58,368 bases of DNA, from the IMG/VR virus record IMGVR_UViG_3300046171_000264, positions 1-58,368 of that record. One strand, 5' to 3'. Shown here piece by piece: positions 56,297 through 58,368 of the stretch (positions within the stretch are counted from its first letter, which is position 1; every line of letters starts with the position of its first letter). The notes under the pieces are model-generated. The model was not told where the DNA came from. It made no database searches and saw nothing but the letters and a program-made list of their open reading frames with translations. The DNA is from a virus. Its lineage: Duplodnaviria; Caudoviricetes. The position numbers and the translations under genes were made by a program.

Positions 56297-56964
56297 GTGC
56301 GAGCTCGGGTAAATCGTTCTACACGTGCCTTAAAGTGCAGCATGTACTGAGTGAGCTGTGTGAGGTTGAGCTCCTGTATTTGGGGGGTTTCATCGGGAAT
56401 CGCAACCACAATAAAAGCTCTGGTTATGTTTAACCCTTGAGGTTTGTAGACATAGTTGGCAGCGGCAACATAGGCAGACACCTGCAAGTAGTACTCGTAC
56501 ATTTTGGCGGGATTGCGCAGACGGTCAGCCGTTTTCCAGTCCAGCAACGAGGGTTGATCATCATCGTCGTGCAAGTAAGCAATGCAATCAAACGCTCCGG
56601 CGTACCCTAGGGGGTGATACACAGCGCCTTCTGTTAAAAGCGTTTTGCGTATGCGATCCAGAAACGCCCGACTACTGTTCCAGTAGGGCGTATTTAGAAA
56701 GTCAAACTTAGGCTCTGTGCCGTCTAAGAGATATTTCTCAATGGAATCATGATGCCGATCACCGCGGAAACAGGCGAGTTTGCAAATAGCATCAGCGCGT
56801 TCTTCACCTACCGACTCACGCCATAGTTCAAGCCCTGTGTTATCTCTGGTGGCACCTAGGATTGTTGTGACAGAGCGGCACGCTCCGAGGGGAGTTATGT
56901 AAGTGCGTTCTCCGTCGACTTCGGCACGTACGGGCTCGTATTTAGGCAGTGCTTTAATTATCAT
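56293..56964 (-). CDS. PD-(D/E)XK exonuclease
   Basis: SVTTILG...RG..H..IE.YL...YAGAFD...LLDWKT...LQVSAY. Confidence 0.88.
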   Translation of the reverse strand: MIIKALPKYEPVRAEVDGERTYITPLGACRSVTTILGATRDNTGLELWRESVGEERADAICKLACFRGDRHHDSIEKYLLDGTEPKFDFLNTPYWNSSRAFLDRIRKTLLTEGAVYHPLGYAGAFDCIAYLHDDDDQPSLLDWKTADRLRNPAKMYEYYLQVSAYVAAANYVYKPQGLNITRAFIVVAIPDETPQIQELNLTQLTQYMLHFKARVERFTRART

Positions 56965-57209
56965 GCCACTTGACCTTCTTCTTCGTAAGGTACACCTTCA
57001 ATTGGCATCAGCAATGCGTTAGCATCGCAGTTAAAGACGCGCATTAAATCACTGATTAAGTTGGGGTCGATTAATCTAGTTTTACCGCTAGCTACGCGTC
57101 CAAGCGAATAGGCAGAAGCTCCTGTCTGCTTAGCTACAGAGGTTAAAGACAGATTCAAACGAAACAAATGAAAACGGATGTTGCGGCCTAGTAGTTTAGT
57201 GGTGTCCAT
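56961..57209 (-). CDS. Cro/CI-type HTH protein
   Basis: LSLTSVAKQTGASAYSLGRVASG...L..VFNC. Confidence 0.7.
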   Translation of the reverse strand: MDTTKLLGRNIRFHLFRLNLSLTSVAKQTGASAYSLGRVASGKTRLIDPNLISDLMRVFNCDANALLMPIEGVPYEEEGQVA

Positions 57210-57218
57210 AGCGGTAGT

Positions 57219-57253
57219 AAAAAAAAAAGAGGGAAGCAGATGCTTCCCTTTTA
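57219..57253. terminator. Bidirectional rho-independent terminator
   Basis: A run, AGGGAAGCA-GA-TGCTTCCCT hairpin, T run. Confidence 0.75.
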
Positions 57254-57262
57254 GTAATTAGA

Positions 57263-57790
57263 TCAGGCAGTCGGCTGAGTGAAAGGATCTGTCCCGTCAA
57301 ACAAATTATTTAGGTTGCAATAAAAATCTTCATAGCGCTGTAATATACCTGAGGGCAGAGCTTTAGGTGGTGAAGCAATTAGCGTATATGTAGTGTCTTT
57401 TTTAACACCTGTTTTGCTGATTTTAATATCGTAATTGACTGGATCTCCATAATCTATGTCTTGGTAGTACTTAAAAAGTTGCTCCATCAAAGTTTTTTGG
57501 GTCACCTGAAGCACTTTAAAACTATCAGATTCGTAGCTATAAACAAGAGCAGCTAAAAAACGCTTGATAGGCTGATAGCCGTCTTGTACTTTAATGTTTG
57601 CTGGCAGTTTTTCTGGCTTAGTTTGCCAACGAACAGGTTTATTGTCGTCAGTCCAACCCTCGAAACCGGTAACACCGGCGCCGAGAATACGAAGACGAAC
57701 TTCTTCCGTAATTTTTGCCGGACTAATGTAGTTACTTTGAGACTCTTTCTTGATTTCTTCTACGTCGCTTAGGTTAAGAAAAGGGCTCAT
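57263..57790 (-). CDS. Putative ssDNA-binding/recombination protein
   Basis: VRLRILG...G.EGW...VLQVTQKT...YDIKISKTG..KDTTY, acidic DPF tail; next to the exonuclease. Confidence 0.6.
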   Translation of the reverse strand: MSPFLNLSDVEEIKKESQSNYISPAKITEEVRLRILGAGVTGFEGWTDDNKPVRWQTKPEKLPANIKVQDGYQPIKRFLAALVYSYESDSFKVLQVTQKTLMEQLFKYYQDIDYGDPVNYDIKISKTGVKKDTTYTLIASPPKALPSGILQRYEDFYCNLNNLFDGTDPFTQPTA

Positions 57791-57856
57791 GGGGCGATAC
57801 TTGGGGGAAAAGTGGAGGATGTGCCAAAGACCAGGGATTTACCTGGCCTAAGGTCC

Positions 57857-57885
57857 AGTGTATGGGGTAAAAGTGCGTGTGTCAA
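57857..57885 (-). promoter_or_regulatory. Sigma-70-type promoter TTGACA-N17-TACACT
   Basis: Near-consensus, upstream of the SSB/exonuclease/kinase/sigma operon. Confidence 0.7.
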
Positions 57886-58041
57886 GCATGTCTGTGACTC
57901 CGCCCTAGATAGGACTAGGTTCGCGCAATCTTAGTGCACCGCTTGTGATTTCAAGCGGCTTTAGCTAGGCTTACAGAACGCTCCAGACAAAAAAAAACCC
58001 TGCCGTGGGCAGGGGGAGCGCATTCATACGCAACCAGCTTA

Positions 58042-58368
58042 ATGAAAAATCAAGAAAAAGGCAAGCCTATTGCCTTACTTGAAGGTAGCGCCATTGAACT
58101 CCTAAGGCGAGATGTCTTTCCTGACACTTGGGCTTTCGTACCCGTAGCAGGAAAGGCCACCTTCATCAAAGAGTGGACAACTAAGCCTCTCACTCGTGTT
58201 GAGTGCATGACGGCTTATCAACTAAGAAAAGACTATGTCGGCTTGGGTGTTGTCACGGGGGCTTTCTCGGGTGGTTTAATCGCGCTCGATATTGATGGTT
58301 TTCAGGCCGATTCTCGCTACATGGATGTAGCGGGCTCAGCCTACGAAGCTCCTGGGGATGAAACCACT
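58042..58368 (+). CDS. N-terminal part (109 codons) of bifunctional primase-polymerase/helicase; continues across the circular junction into 1..2430
   Basis: ATG at 58042, open to the last base (327 nt). Prim-Pol motif GLGVVTGAFSGGLIALDIDG. Continues in frame at base 1 as IAWTSGKPGRRQIFYQVP. Confidence 0.9.
   Translation, partial: MKNQEKGKPIALLEGSAIELLRRDVFPDTWAFVPVAGKATFIKEWTTKPLTRVECMTAYQLRKDYVGLGVVTGAFSGGLIALDIDGFQADSRYMDVAGSAYEAPGDETT

Overview
This window looks like a complete, circularly permuted ~58.4-kb dsDNA tailed phage genome (siphovirus-type). An ORF starting at 58042 runs off the right end and continues in frame at base 1 into the primase-helicase. The host is probably a picocyanobacterium, inferred from a cyAbrB-like regulator, a cyanobacterial-type sigma-70 factor and an NblA-like protein. 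Modules: replication and nucleotide metabolism (Prim-Pol/helicase, PolA, dCTP deaminase, ThyX, dNMP kinase, exonuclease, SSB-like protein), lysis, tail (with the classic -1 frameshift chaperone), head (DUF1073 portal, MuF, DUF2213, DUF2184 capsid), terminase, and about 11 kb of small early genes. I found no integrase. The best candidate for an undescribed system is a cluster inside the head operon (31.3-38.0 kb) of modular proteins built from a repeated unit: R-x-D site, CG-x-x-x-I-x5-C tag, basic linker, hydrophobic helix, then a variable cargo (a protein kinase-like and a GNAT-like domain). The same R-x-D motif marks the N-termini of the capsid, portal and DUF2213 proteins, suggesting protease-matured, capsid-packaged effectors. 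Also notable: a ~550-nt hairpin-rich non-coding leader ending in a tRNA-like element behind three identically spaced promoters, a probable -1 frameshift in the holin-like gene, an in-frame duplicated lysin C-terminus, a permuted M23 domain in the tape measure protein, and two iteron-like arrays. Several indels confined to 6.3-17.7 kb are probably sequencing errors. All family assignments come from motif recognition by eye; no searches were run.
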